Part shown: in pieces, positions 19,483-29,094 of the stretch
Layout: every line of letters starts with the position of its first letter
Position numbering within the stretch: the first letter of the stretch is position 1
Virus record (IMG/VR): IMGVR_UViG_3300021197_001489
Coordinates: 1-64,000 of that record
DNA length: 64,000 nt
Reading direction: 5' to 3' (one strand)
Made by a program: the position numbers and the translations under genes
Notes under the pieces: model-generated
Told to the model about the DNA's origin: nothing
The model's database searches: none
The model's input: only the letters and a program-made list of their open reading frames with translations

Positions 19483-20993
19483 TGAAATACTTTGACCTTT
19501 TTGAAAGCAGTTTTGGAGACAACTCACTGGCTGATCGCCAAATGAAAGCAGATATGGCAGCCAAGAAAGATGTCCCTTTTTCTGGTCCATACCGTAAAGC
19601 AGGCGAAAAACGCACTGACAAATACGGAAATGAAATAAAGAATGCAGCAAGGCATCTTGCTAGGAAAGCAGCCAGAGGCGAAGTAAATGAAGAAATGATG
19701 TATGGACAAAGTGATTTTGACATGATCAAAGTTGTGGGAGATTATGTGCTAGGTGCAACTGATCACAGTGATGAGGATCGTCCAGCATTTGATTACTACA
19801 TACTGAAAAAAGAAGGCGACAAGTACCGCAAAGTGAGAAATCTGGATAGCAGAGTAAACACTGGCCCAGGTACAAAGCATCGGATTGCAGTGCGTGACTT
19901 TATGGATCTTGTTGACACAATCAACGAAGCCGACAACTTTGAAGTTAATCCAGCACAAAAGTCACTGGCTGACATTGGACGCAAACTGATGGACAAAGCA
20001 GCAACAACCAAAGATGACAAACTGTCAACTGCACTAAGCCGTGTAGGCAATGAGCTAACTTCATATGGCACAATTTTTGGTGCCAGAAGCATTGAAGAAC
20101 TTGAAAAGAACACTGGCATTGCTAAAGCAAGCATCATGAAGATGCTGGACTATGGCAAGAAGATGGTTGAAAAAGAAGGCATTGCACAAATTGCTGACAA
20201 AGACGAAGTTGAAGAAGGCAAGATGGCAAACATCGCCATGGGTGCGCTGCTTGGACTTGGTGCTATGTGGAGTGCAGGTGAAGCAACCAGTGCTAAGAAT
20301 TCGCCTCTTGGTGATGCACTAAAAGCTGCTGCACAAGCAGGCGACGACATTGCAATGGATCACTATAAGAATCTTGACTTGTATGTTGATGGCAATGATC
20401 GCAGTATTATGAAAATGCTAAACGGCAAGTATCTAAAAAAAAAGATAGACGATGATGCACCTCCTGGTGCTAAAGCAGAACGCATGGTCAAGCATATTAA
20501 AAAAGGATATGCCAAGGACGGCTTAACTGATACTGAGCGTTCAATTGCTTATGCCACAGCATGGAAACATCATAACAGGAAAAATGAAGATGCTGAGCCA
20601 GCACTGGCTACAAACAAGCGTACTGAGCGTATCCTCAATTTGCTACGAGCAAAATCACCAACTGCCAAAAACGATCTTGAAGCATTGATACTGAGCTTTG
20701 ACAAAGGCCAGTTGCAAGATCGCATGGACATCAATCGTCTATATGGTGAAAACAACACTGAAGAACAAAACATTGCAAATCTACAGCGCGATGTTGAAGA
20801 GCTAAAACGTTTGGTGTCTACGCAGAATGAATCACTCACAGAAGCACAGTTTGATGAAGCTGCAGGCGAGAAAGATGCTTGCTATCACAAAGTAAAAAGC
20901 CGTTACAAAGTGTGGCCAAGTGCTTATGCGTCGGGTGCGCTAGTACAGTGTCGTAAAAAAGGGGCAGCCAACTGGGGAAACAGCAAAAAATGA
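19482..20993 (+). CDS. Modular putative internal head polyprotein
   Basis: Short modules separated by VNE/INE/VEE/KNE/LTE/FDE sites. Confidence 0.5.
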   Translation: MKYFDLFESSFGDNSLADRQMKADMAAKKDVPFSGPYRKAGEKRTDKYGNEIKNAARHLARKAARGEVNEEMMYGQSDFDMIKVVGDYVLGATDHSDEDRPAFDYYILKKEGDKYRKVRNLDSRVNTGPGTKHRIAVRDFMDLVDTINEADNFEVNPAQKSLADIGRKLMDKAATTKDDKLSTALSRVGNELTSYGTIFGARSIEELEKNTGIAKASIMKMLDYGKKMVEKEGIAQIADKDEVEEGKMANIAMGALLGLGAMWSAGEATSAKNSPLGDALKAAAQAGDDIAMDHYKNLDLYVDGNDRSIMKMLNGKYLKKKIDDDAPPGAKAERMVKHIKKGYAKDGLTDTERSIAYATAWKHHNRKNEDAEPALATNKRTERILNLLRAKSPTAKNDLEALILSFDKGQLQDRMDINRLYGENNTEEQNIANLQRDVEELKRLVSTQNESLTEAQFDEAAGEKDACYHKVKSRYKVWPSAYASGALVQCRKKGAANWGNSKK

Positions 20994-21403
20994 GAAATTT
21001 AATCAGTATTATTGAAGCAATTGGAAAAAATTGTCCACTACCAACGCAAGATTTAGAACTAAACACCAAAAATCGTGACGCAAGTATCAAAGCAAAGCAC
21101 ATTCAATATGGTCCTCTTAATGTTGGCGTACCTGGTGATTACTGGATAGACATTGCTGACTACTGGAATACCAGCGAAGAGGCTGCTAAAGCAAGCAACT
21201 GTTCAGTTTGTGCAGCGTTTGATATATCACCAAGGATGCTAGACTGTATGCCCGGCGAGCTTGAAGACAAAGACGGTTATCTGGGCTATTGCTGGATGCA
21301 CAAGTTCAAATGTCACAGTGCTAGAAGTTGTAGAACATGGGCTGGCGGCGGACCAATTGAAACTGACGAGACAAGTTATAGTTGGGACAAAGAGTCAGCA
21401 TGA
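20990..21403 (+). CDS. Cys-rich putative internal virion protein
   Basis: MRNLISIIE leader; multiple Cys/His (CSVC, CWMHKFKCH, SC). Confidence 0.55.
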   Translation: MRNLISIIEAIGKNCPLPTQDLELNTKNRDASIKAKHIQYGPLNVGVPGDYWIDIADYWNTSEEAAKASNCSVCAAFDISPRMLDCMPGELEDKDGYLGYCWMHKFKCHSARSCRTWAGGGPIETDETSYSWDKESA

Positions 21404-21786
21404 GAATACTAGAAGTACTCACAGAAAAATGCTGGAAGGGCTACCGAAAGAAGGGCATGAAAACCATGTTCGGCAAGCGTGTTCCTAACTGTGTTAAAAA
21501 AGAAGACGTGCAACTTGGATCAGATGGTGAACTGGTATTTGCTGAACATCTAGACGAAGATCTCAAAAAATGGTTTAAAGAAAAATGGGTGCGCTTTGGT
21601 CCTGACGGCAAGATCCGCGGTGATTGTGCTAGAGGCAGTGACTCAGAAGGCAAACCAAAGTGTTTGCCACAGAAGAAAGCGCAAGCACTGGGCAAGAAAG
21701 GCCGCAAAACTGCTGCCAACAGAAAGCGCAAGCAGGATCCCAAGAAGAACAGACGTGGCAAAGCAAAGAACGTAGCAACAAAATGA
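21400..21786 (+). CDS. Basic Cys-containing putative internal virion protein
   Basis: MRILEVLTE leader; KCWKGY...PNCV and EDLKKWFKEKW modules. Confidence 0.55.
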   Translation: MRILEVLTEKCWKGYRKKGMKTMFGKRVPNCVKKEDVQLGSDGELVFAEHLDEDLKKWFKEKWVRFGPDGKIRGDCARGSDSEGKPKCLPQKKAQALGKKGRKTAANRKRKQDPKKNRRGKAKNVATK

Positions 21787-21992
21787 GAGCTACAGAATTT
21801 GTCAATGAAAACTTTGCTGATGGTAAGAAAAAAGGCAAAAGCAGACCTGGCAGAGTAAAGAAGTCAGGTGCTAGTTGTAAAGGATCTGTTACTAGCCTTA
21901 GAGCAAAGGCTAAAAAAGCAAGCGGTGAACGTGCTAGAATGTATCACTGGTGTGCGAACATGAAAAGTGGTCGCAAGAAATCCAAGTCATAA
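21783..21992 (+). CDS. Small basic putative internal virion protein
   Basis: MRATEFVNE leader followed by a Lys/Arg-rich peptide. Confidence 0.55.
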   Translation: MRATEFVNENFADGKKKGKSRPGRVKKSGASCKGSVTSLRAKAKKASGERARMYHWCANMKSGRKKSKS

Positions 21993-22000
21993 TTACTTGT

Positions 22001-22174
22001 ATGAGCCAAGTATCCTATACACCAACAAAATGTAAGAATTGCGGCGATAATAGCCACTGCGGCACAGCTAACTGGCGTGAAGAACGAGACTATGACGGTG
22101 GTTATCACTTAATCAAAGCGTGTGATGCATGTAGATGTGATCTTTGTGTTGTGCCCAATTATCAAGATGGCTGA
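22001..22174 (+). CDS. Small Zn-finger-like protein
   Basis: CKNC..SHC...CDACRC; ATG 5 nt after ATAATTA. Confidence 0.55.
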   Translation: MSQVSYTPTKCKNCGDNSHCGTANWREERDYDGGYHLIKACDACRCDLCVVPNYQDG

Positions 22175-22868
22175 AAACTTTATTACAATACTGTTGCCAA
22201 CTCGTAAACGCACTGCCATGGTAGAAAAAAGTGTGCGCGGACTGATTGCATTGGCACTTGATCCCAGTCGCATACACGTTGCCATTGCATACGACAGTGA
22301 CGATACCGAAAGCAAAGACTACTTGAGCAGTAACGAGTGGAAGCACTTGGTTGAGCACCCTGGTGCTACACAATCTGTACTGGAAATTAACAGAGTAGGC
22401 TGGATGGCACTACACGAATACTACAATAAGTTAGCAACCAGCATAGACAGTGATTGGTACTTTGTTTGGAACGATGATGCGTTTATGCAAACCAACGGAT
22501 GGGATCAAGAAATATGGGAAAACAAAGACTATCCTGGGTTGATCAGCATGGAAAGCAACGGTAAGCTACCTGGCTCTACACTGTTTCCATGTGTAAGCGC
22601 ACAATGGGTCAACACATTTGGCATGATTGGAATGAATCCGGTGGACCAGTGGATACAGGACATTGCATACGAAATTGGTTCATACAAAAGGATTGAAAGT
22701 AAAATTTTTCACGACCATTTTCAATTTACTGGCAACAACAATGACGAAGTATACCAAGAAACAAGCAAAAACAAAAAGTTTACAAAACGTGCTTACAAAA
22801 CAGCAGAAATGCACAAACTAAAACAAGTTTGGATTGCACGTTGGAAAGATGCATTGAATGAAATGTAA
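22167..22868 (+). CDS. GT2-like glycosyltransferase
   Basis: LLPTRKR, YDSDD, WNDDA (DxD), GWD; paralog of the 39800 ORF. Confidence 0.7.
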   Translation: MAENFITILLPTRKRTAMVEKSVRGLIALALDPSRIHVAIAYDSDDTESKDYLSSNEWKHLVEHPGATQSVLEINRVGWMALHEYYNKLATSIDSDWYFVWNDDAFMQTNGWDQEIWENKDYPGLISMESNGKLPGSTLFPCVSAQWVNTFGMIGMNPVDQWIQDIAYEIGSYKRIESKIFHDHFQFTGNNNDEVYQETSKNKKFTKRAYKTAEMHKLKQVWIARWKDALNEM

Positions 22869-23562
22869 AATAATAGTTTTAGCCAGCAGCGATATATCTG
22901 TGTCAATGGGCAACAAGTGCATTGCTCGCGCAAAAGAGTTTGGCATCGATGCAAAAGTAAGCAATGGTGTACACGGTGAAGATGCACACAAGATACTTGC
23001 TGACTTAGGATTACGCCAATACAAAGCAAAAATGAAAGGTGGGAGACTAGGAGTTCTTGGTTGTTTCCTCAGTCATTACTTCTTGTGGAATGAGTGTATA
23101 AAATCAAATGAACCTTACATGATATTAGAACATGATGCATATATGCTACGTCCATTGCCCAGTAAAGTTCTAAAACTTTTTCCTGACGTACTCAAGCTAG
23201 ACAGCTTAGATCCCTACTTAGAAACATACAATCAAGATCTGGAGGATCAGCCCAAAGAAGATAGCATATGGAGCTTGCGTGATAGAAAAGAACATGGGAA
23301 ACATATACACGAACGAGGATTATACTCAATTGGTGGTTACGGATACATAATTAAACCACATGCGGCCAAAGAAATCATTACAGAATGTAAGACGCATGGC
23401 TTTCGGCCTGCTGATCATCAGATACACACAACAACTAATATTGACATACATCACATTTCACCTAGTGTTGTAAGAATACACAAAGACTACCACGATCACG
23501 ATGCAATGAAAACACTGTCTCTGACACGCAACCTTGAGGCCAACAGCACACGAACCACATGA
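22858..23562 (+). CDS. Glycosyltransferase family 25-like
   Basis: GCFLSHYFLW, ILEHDA, GYIIKP, PAD motifs. Confidence 0.8.
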   Translation: MKCKIIVLASSDISVSMGNKCIARAKEFGIDAKVSNGVHGEDAHKILADLGLRQYKAKMKGGRLGVLGCFLSHYFLWNECIKSNEPYMILEHDAYMLRPLPSKVLKLFPDVLKLDSLDPYLETYNQDLEDQPKEDSIWSLRDRKEHGKHIHERGLYSIGGYGYIIKPHAAKEIITECKTHGFRPADHQIHTTTNIDIHHISPSVVRIHKDYHDHDAMKTLSLTRNLEANSTRTT

Positions 23563-24332
23563 AACTACAGATACCCGCAGAATCAATTAGGATCAGAGAG
23601 CAATTGTTTGGTTACTTGCTTGCAAACTATGATTGCAAAATCATAAAAGATAGCAGTGACATTGAAGTTGAACGAACACTGGTGTTCTCTGCTCCGTTTG
23701 ACAATTACTTACAACAAGCAATTAAACAGCTCAGCATTAACTTCTTTTACATTGACAACGGCTACATTGGCAACCACAATTATAAAAAACCTTGGTACTA
23801 TCGAGTCAGTTACAATCAACTTCAAAACACAAGGATTGGCCAGTTTGGAAACAGCAGGATACACACACTGGAACTTGATGGACGCTATGAAGATTGGAAC
23901 GCAGATGGTGAGTATAATTTACTTGTGATGCCTTTACCCAACAAGCTGTTTTCCTGGTTTGGCAAGGACTACGAAGCATGGAGAGCAGAAACTATACAAC
24001 ACTATGAAAAACAGGATACATACTGTAAAGTTAGAGACAAGCCTGGAGGTAGAGCAAGCCGCCAAGAACGCTTTAGGGATATCCTGCCATTGATACGTGG
24101 AGCAAAGAAAGTGATTACGCATCACAGCATGGCAGCAGTTGAAGCACTGTGTCTTGGCAAGCCAATTGAGATACTAGGTGAAAGTGCAGTACAACATTGG
24201 CAAAATCAAGTCAACTTTAATAGGCAGGAAATGCTAGAACACATCGCACACAGCCAGTTCAGTAGAGACGAGTTTGCAGACGGAACTGCCTGGCAGGTTA
24301 CAATGGATTACCAGTTTTACAGACAGCCTTAG
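23559..24332 (+). CDS. Capsule-biosynthesis/GT-B-like protein
   Basis: YIDNGY, VRDKP, VITHHSMAAVEALCLGKP motifs. Confidence 0.55.
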   Translation: MKLQIPAESIRIREQLFGYLLANYDCKIIKDSSDIEVERTLVFSAPFDNYLQQAIKQLSINFFYIDNGYIGNHNYKKPWYYRVSYNQLQNTRIGQFGNSRIHTLELDGRYEDWNADGEYNLLVMPLPNKLFSWFGKDYEAWRAETIQHYEKQDTYCKVRDKPGGRASRQERFRDILPLIRGAKKVITHHSMAAVEALCLGKPIEILGESAVQHWQNQVNFNRQEMLEHIAHSQFSRDEFADGTAWQVTMDYQFYRQP

Positions 24333-24419
24333 GACCGTAATCCTTAGGCTAGGGCGGGAACTGCCCTAAAATCAAGCATCGCTACCCTGGTTTTAAAAGT
24401 GCCAACTTTACCAAAACTA

Positions 24420-24448
24420 TTGACAACATAGCAACTATCGTATATACT
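24420..24448 (+). promoter_or_regulatory. sigma70-like promoter of the replication operon
   Basis: TTGACA-17 nt-TATACT. Confidence 0.8.
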
Positions 24449-24478
24449 AGCAAAGTATTTTAAAGGAGTATACATCAT

Positions 24479-24736
24479 ATGAGCGTACAATTTGACAGCG
24501 AAAGCAAAGCAAAACTAACACAGATTATCAATGAAGGCATGCAAGTAATGAGTGAAGTTGAAGCACTCAATGCCGGGCTTGCAGATACAGTAAAAGCCAT
24601 TGCAGAAGAAATGCAAATCAAGCCAAGTGTGCTTAAAAAAGCAATTCGCATTGCACACAAAGCCAGTTATACCACTGAAAAAGAAGACCAAGAACTACTT
24701 GAAGAAATCCTCACAACCGCTGGACGGACACTATAA
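24479..24736 (+). CDS. T4 DsbA/GapR (DUF2312)-like dsDNA-binding protein
   Basis: 85 aa helical; size and pattern (IAEEMQIKPSVLKKAIRI...E.LEEIL) match this family. Confidence 0.55.
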   Translation: MSVQFDSESKAKLTQIINEGMQVMSEVEALNAGLADTVKAIAEEMQIKPSVLKKAIRIAHKASYTTEKEDQELLEEILTTAGRTL

Positions 24737-24742
24737 ACTTAT

Positions 24743-27403
24743 ATGAGCTATGTTGACGCACTGTTTGATCGCGACAAAGACCGCATCCACGTAGTAGAAC
24801 GTATTGATGGACGCAGGGAGTATCGAGAATATCCTGCAAGCTATCAGTTTTATTATGCAGATCCTCGAGGCAAACACAAAAGTATCTATGGTACACCTGT
24901 AAGCAGATTCCACACACGAAACAACAAAGAGTTTCGCAAAGAACTGCGATTGCAATCAGGCAAACAGATCTTTGAAAGTGATATCAATCCGGTGTTTCGC
25001 TGTTTTGAAGAAAACTACAAAGATGACATTGCCCCTAAGTTACAAACAGCGTTCTTTGATATTGAAGTTGACTTTGATCCAGTACGTGGCTATTCGCCAA
25101 CCAACGATCCATTCAATGCAATCACTGCTATTTCTGTTTACTTGCAGTGGATGGAACAACTGGTAACATTGGTTGTTCCTCCCAAGAATATGAGCTGGGA
25201 AACAGCACAAGATATATGCAATCAGTTTGAAAACACCATGCTGTTTGAACGCGAAGAAGAAATGCTGAAGGTGTTTTTGGATCTTATCGAGGATGCAGAT
25301 GTACTAAGTGGCTGGAACAGCGAAGGGTATGATATTCCTTACACTGTTAACAGAGTTGCAAGAGTGTTGAGCAAAGATGATACAAGACGTTTTTGTTTGT
25401 GGAGCCAACTACCCAAGAAGCGCACGTTTGAACGCTTTGGTGCTGAAAACATTACATTCGATCTTATTGGCAGAGTGCATATGGATTACATGCAACTGTA
25501 TCGCAAGTATACCTATGAAGAGCGTCACAGTTACAGTTTGGATGCTATTGGTGAATATGAACTGGATGAGCGTAAGACTGCTTATGAAGGCACACTGGAT
25601 CACTTGTACAATCACAATTTTAAAACATTTATTGAATACAACAGGCAGGATACTGCACTGTTGGACAAGCTGGACAAGAAACTGCGATTCCTTGCTCTGG
25701 CAAATGAACTAGCGCATGCAAACACTGTGTTGCTACAAACCACAATGGGTGCTGTTGCTGTGACAGAGCAAGCAATTATCAATGAAGCACACGAACAAGG
25801 GTTGGTTGTTCCTAATAGACGTGAACGATTAACAGATGAAAACACTGCGGCTGCAGGTGCATATGTTGCATATCCCAAGAAGGGCATCCACGAATGGGTT
25901 GGTGCAATTGACATCAACAGTTTGTATCCTAGCGCCATTCGTGCGCTAAACATGGGCAACGAAACTATCATTGGGCAGTTGCGTCCAATCATGACTGATC
26001 GTTATATCAAAGACAAGATTTCAAACAAAAGTTCGTTTGCTATGGCGTGGGAAGGGCTGTTTGGTACACTGGAATACACTGCCGTTATGAAAATGGAAGT
26101 TGGAACTGAAATTACAGTTGACTGGGAAAACGGCGACGAAACAGTACACAGTGCAGCAGAAATATGGAAGATCATATTTGACAGCAATCGGCCTTGGATA
26201 CTGAGCGCAAATGGCACCATCTTTACATATGAAAAAGAAGGAGTTGTTCCGGGCTTGCTTGCACGTTGGTATAGAGAACGCCAAGAGATTCAAGCAAAAT
26301 TGCGAGCAACAACTGATCCTGATGAGCGTGAGTTTTTAGATAAACGTCAGCTAGTAAAGAAGATTAATCTAAATAGTCTGTATGGTGCTATTCTCAACCC
26401 AGGATGTAGGTTCTTTGATAAACGTATTGGGCAAAGCACAACACTAACTGGCAGGGCTATTGCACATCACATGGATGCATTTACAAATGAAGCAATCACA
26501 GGCACATATGACCATGTAGGTGATGCAGTAATCTATGGCGATACTGATTCAGTATACTTTAGTGCATGGCCTGTAATCAAGAAGGATGTTGAAGAAGGCA
26601 ACATGGAATGGAGCAAGGAAATTTGCATACAGCTCTATGATGCTATAAGTGATCAATTGAACGAAAGTTGGCCAGCATTTATGGAGCAAGCATTCCACGT
26701 TCCAAGGGCTAACGGTGTTATAATCAAAGGCGGTCGCGAGCTTATTGCAGACAGAGGGCTGTACATTACCAAGAAGCGTTATGCAGTAAACATATTTGAC
26801 TTAGAAGGCAAACGTTTGGATGTTGAAGGCAAGCAAGGCAAGATCAAAGCAATGGGTTTAGACTTGAAACGCAGTGACACTCCAAAAGTAATCCAAGACT
26901 TTTTGATGACGTTGCTGGTTAAAGTGCTTGCTGGTGCACAGCGTGAAGAAATAATTGAGATGATTAAAGCATTTAAGTATGACTTCAAGGAACGGCCTGC
27001 TTGGGAAAAAGGTTCTCCTAAGCGTGTTAACAACTTAACCAAGTACAGCGCAGAAGAAAAGAAACTGGGCAAAGCCAATATGCCAGGACATGTTAGAGCT
27101 GCAATGAACTGGAATTCAATGAAGAAAATGAACAGTGATAACTATTCACAGAGCATCATTGATGGCATGAAAACTATTGTTTGCAAACTAAAGCCCAATC
27201 CACTAAACTGGACCAGTATTGGCTACCCAACCGACGAACTGCACATTCCGCAGTGGTTTAAGGACTTGCCTTTTGATGATGCACTAATGGAAGCAACTGT
27301 GGTAGATCAAAAAATTGACAACTTGTTAGGTGTGCTTGCATGGGATCTAGCAAGTGAAACAGATACTTCAAATACCTTTAGCAGTTTGTTTGAGTTTGAG
27401 TAA
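24743..27403 (+). CDS. DNA polymerase family B with 3'-5' exonuclease
   Basis: DIEVD, WNSEGYD, YNRQD exo motifs; DINSLYPS, KINLNSLYG, YGDTDS, KKRY pol motifs; no intein. Confidence 0.97.
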   Translation: MSYVDALFDRDKDRIHVVERIDGRREYREYPASYQFYYADPRGKHKSIYGTPVSRFHTRNNKEFRKELRLQSGKQIFESDINPVFRCFEENYKDDIAPKLQTAFFDIEVDFDPVRGYSPTNDPFNAITAISVYLQWMEQLVTLVVPPKNMSWETAQDICNQFENTMLFEREEEMLKVFLDLIEDADVLSGWNSEGYDIPYTVNRVARVLSKDDTRRFCLWSQLPKKRTFERFGAENITFDLIGRVHMDYMQLYRKYTYEERHSYSLDAIGEYELDERKTAYEGTLDHLYNHNFKTFIEYNRQDTALLDKLDKKLRFLALANELAHANTVLLQTTMGAVAVTEQAIINEAHEQGLVVPNRRERLTDENTAAAGAYVAYPKKGIHEWVGAIDINSLYPSAIRALNMGNETIIGQLRPIMTDRYIKDKISNKSSFAMAWEGLFGTLEYTAVMKMEVGTEITVDWENGDETVHSAAEIWKIIFDSNRPWILSANGTIFTYEKEGVVPGLLARWYRERQEIQAKLRATTDPDEREFLDKRQLVKKINLNSLYGAILNPGCRFFDKRIGQSTTLTGRAIAHHMDAFTNEAITGTYDHVGDAVIYGDTDSVYFSAWPVIKKDVEEGNMEWSKEICIQLYDAISDQLNESWPAFMEQAFHVPRANGVIIKGGRELIADRGLYITKKRYAVNIFDLEGKRLDVEGKQGKIKAMGLDLKRSDTPKVIQDFLMTLLVKVLAGAQREEIIEMIKAFKYDFKERPAWEKGSPKRVNNLTKYSAEEKKLGKANMPGHVRAAMNWNSMKKMNSDNYSQSIIDGMKTIVCKLKPNPLNWTSIGYPTDELHIPQWFKDLPFDDALMEATVVDQKIDNLLGVLAWDLASETDTSNTFSSLFEFE

Positions 27404-28362
27404 TGGAGTTAATTGATCTGGTAAAATACAAAGTGCTACTTGACAAACTTAGTTTGCACGAGCCAAGGCTTGCAATACAAGCACTGCTCCACCAGTTTAA
27501 CAACGATGTAAACACACACAATATGGACTTTGATAATCTCAAAGATTCCATGACTGACAGTACAAAAAATATAACAACAGAAATAAATGTATTGTACCAA
27601 AATCTCGATCAACTCAAATGTAGAATTAATGAAAGTATTGTCAATATTGAGACTCCGTACTTGGAAGTAAAAAGTGAGACTATTTACAAAGAAGGTATTA
27701 ACGACGACTGGGATTATAAACTAGATCGAGATAGATTTAAAAAATTGTTATATGATCCTGCAACTTTTGACTTTTTTGTTGGCAGACTTAACGAACACGT
27801 TAATTGGAAATACCCAGGTCTGCAACTTGGTCCGAGGATAGGTGATATCACTGATCATCTAGTCGCACTTGATCCATTGTACCTTGTTGATGAACACCGA
27901 GACATGTTTAAAGTTGTTAAACAATTGTGGTCTAAGCAATATCAGCAACGGTTACGTTACTATGTCAATGATGAACAACAAGCAAATGTGTTAGGAGGAT
28001 TGCTGCCACTTGGACAATTTGGATTTGTCGTTGCAGTTGATTATTTTAACTTTCGTCCTCTTCGTCTTATTAAACAATATTTGGCCACACTAACCACTTT
28101 TTTGCGACCCGGCGGCGTAGTTATTTTTACATATAACAACTGTGATTATCCGATTGGTGTTGACAATTTTCTAAATTCGTACTACACTTATACTCCAGGA
28201 CGCTTAGTAAAAGCAGCTTGCATTGAGTATGGATTTAAAATACTAGCTAGCTTTGACATGGATAATAATGTAAGCTGGTTAGAAATAAAAAAACCCGGAA
28301 CACTCAGTAGTCTTAAAGGCGGACAATGTCTGGGGGCTATAAAATACTTAGGAGAAAACTAA
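27403..28362 (+). CDS. Class I SAM-dependent methyltransferase-like protein with N-terminal coiled coil
   Basis: LQLGP, FGFVVAVDYFNF, LRPGGVVIFTY. Confidence 0.55.
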   Translation: MELIDLVKYKVLLDKLSLHEPRLAIQALLHQFNNDVNTHNMDFDNLKDSMTDSTKNITTEINVLYQNLDQLKCRINESIVNIETPYLEVKSETIYKEGINDDWDYKLDRDRFKKLLYDPATFDFFVGRLNEHVNWKYPGLQLGPRIGDITDHLVALDPLYLVDEHRDMFKVVKQLWSKQYQQRLRYYVNDEQQANVLGGLLPLGQFGFVVAVDYFNFRPLRLIKQYLATLTTFLRPGGVVIFTYNNCDYPIGVDNFLNSYYTYTPGRLVKAACIEYGFKILASFDMDNNVSWLEIKKPGTLSSLKGGQCLGAIKYLGEN

Positions 28363-29094
28363 ATGAGAGACTATCTACTAGACTTGGTTGAACACAGCTA
28401 TGATTTGGGCTGTATCGATCTTATTAAAATTACAGGCACAGACAAAGAAACAAACATTGATGGTCTAGCAGAAGACAAAAGTGTTGTGTTGAATGCAAAA
28501 TTCCATACGCCAGTTGCTGAGTTTATGGGTACATTTGGTATGCCCAACTTGTCCAAGCTAAAGATCTTGCTTAACATTGGTGAATACAAAGAAGGTGCTG
28601 ATATTTCTGTAACACACCAGGAGCGCAACGGCGAACAAGCACCAGTTGGGTTGCATTTTAAAAATGCTGCTGGCGACTTTAAAAACGACTATCGCTTTAT
28701 GGTAAGTGAAATTGTTTCAGAAAAGTTGAAAACTGTCAAGATGAAAGACGTTAACTGGACTGTGGAGTTTGAACCAACCACTGCTAGCATCATGCGACTA
28801 AAGATGCAAGCACAGGCAAACGCAGAAGAAACAACGTTTCAGACCAAAACTGAAGATGGTAACTTGAAGTTTTTGTTTGGTGATCATAGCACACACGCAG
28901 GTGACTTTGTGTTTCAGCATGATGTAGCAGGACAACTAACTCGCTCTTGGAGTTGGCCAGTGCAGCAATTTATTGCAATCATGAATTTAACTGGTGATAA
29001 AACTGTGCGTATTTCAGATGAAGGCGCTACAAAGATCACTGTTGATAGCGGCATTGCTGTATACAACTATATTTTGCCTGCTCAAAGCAAGTAG
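28363..29094 (+). CDS. Putative DNA polymerase sliding clamp (gp45-like)
   Basis: 243 aa alternating beta/alpha pattern; position in the polymerase operon. Confidence 0.55.
   Translation: MRDYLLDLVEHSYDLGCIDLIKITGTDKETNIDGLAEDKSVVLNAKFHTPVAEFMGTFGMPNLSKLKILLNIGEYKEGADISVTHQERNGEQAPVGLHFKNAAGDFKNDYRFMVSEIVSEKLKTVKMKDVNWTVEFEPTTASIMRLKMQAQANAEETTFQTKTEDGNLKFLFGDHSTHAGDFVFQHDVAGQLTRSWSWPVQQFIAIMNLTGDKTVRISDEGATKITVDSGIAVYNYILPAQSK

Noticed and set aside
24340-24410. Cobalamin riboswitch or JUMPstart/ops element
   Set aside because: Only short word matches (GGGAA, CTGCCC; GGTAGCG on the minus strand); core architecture and GGCGGTAG are absent.
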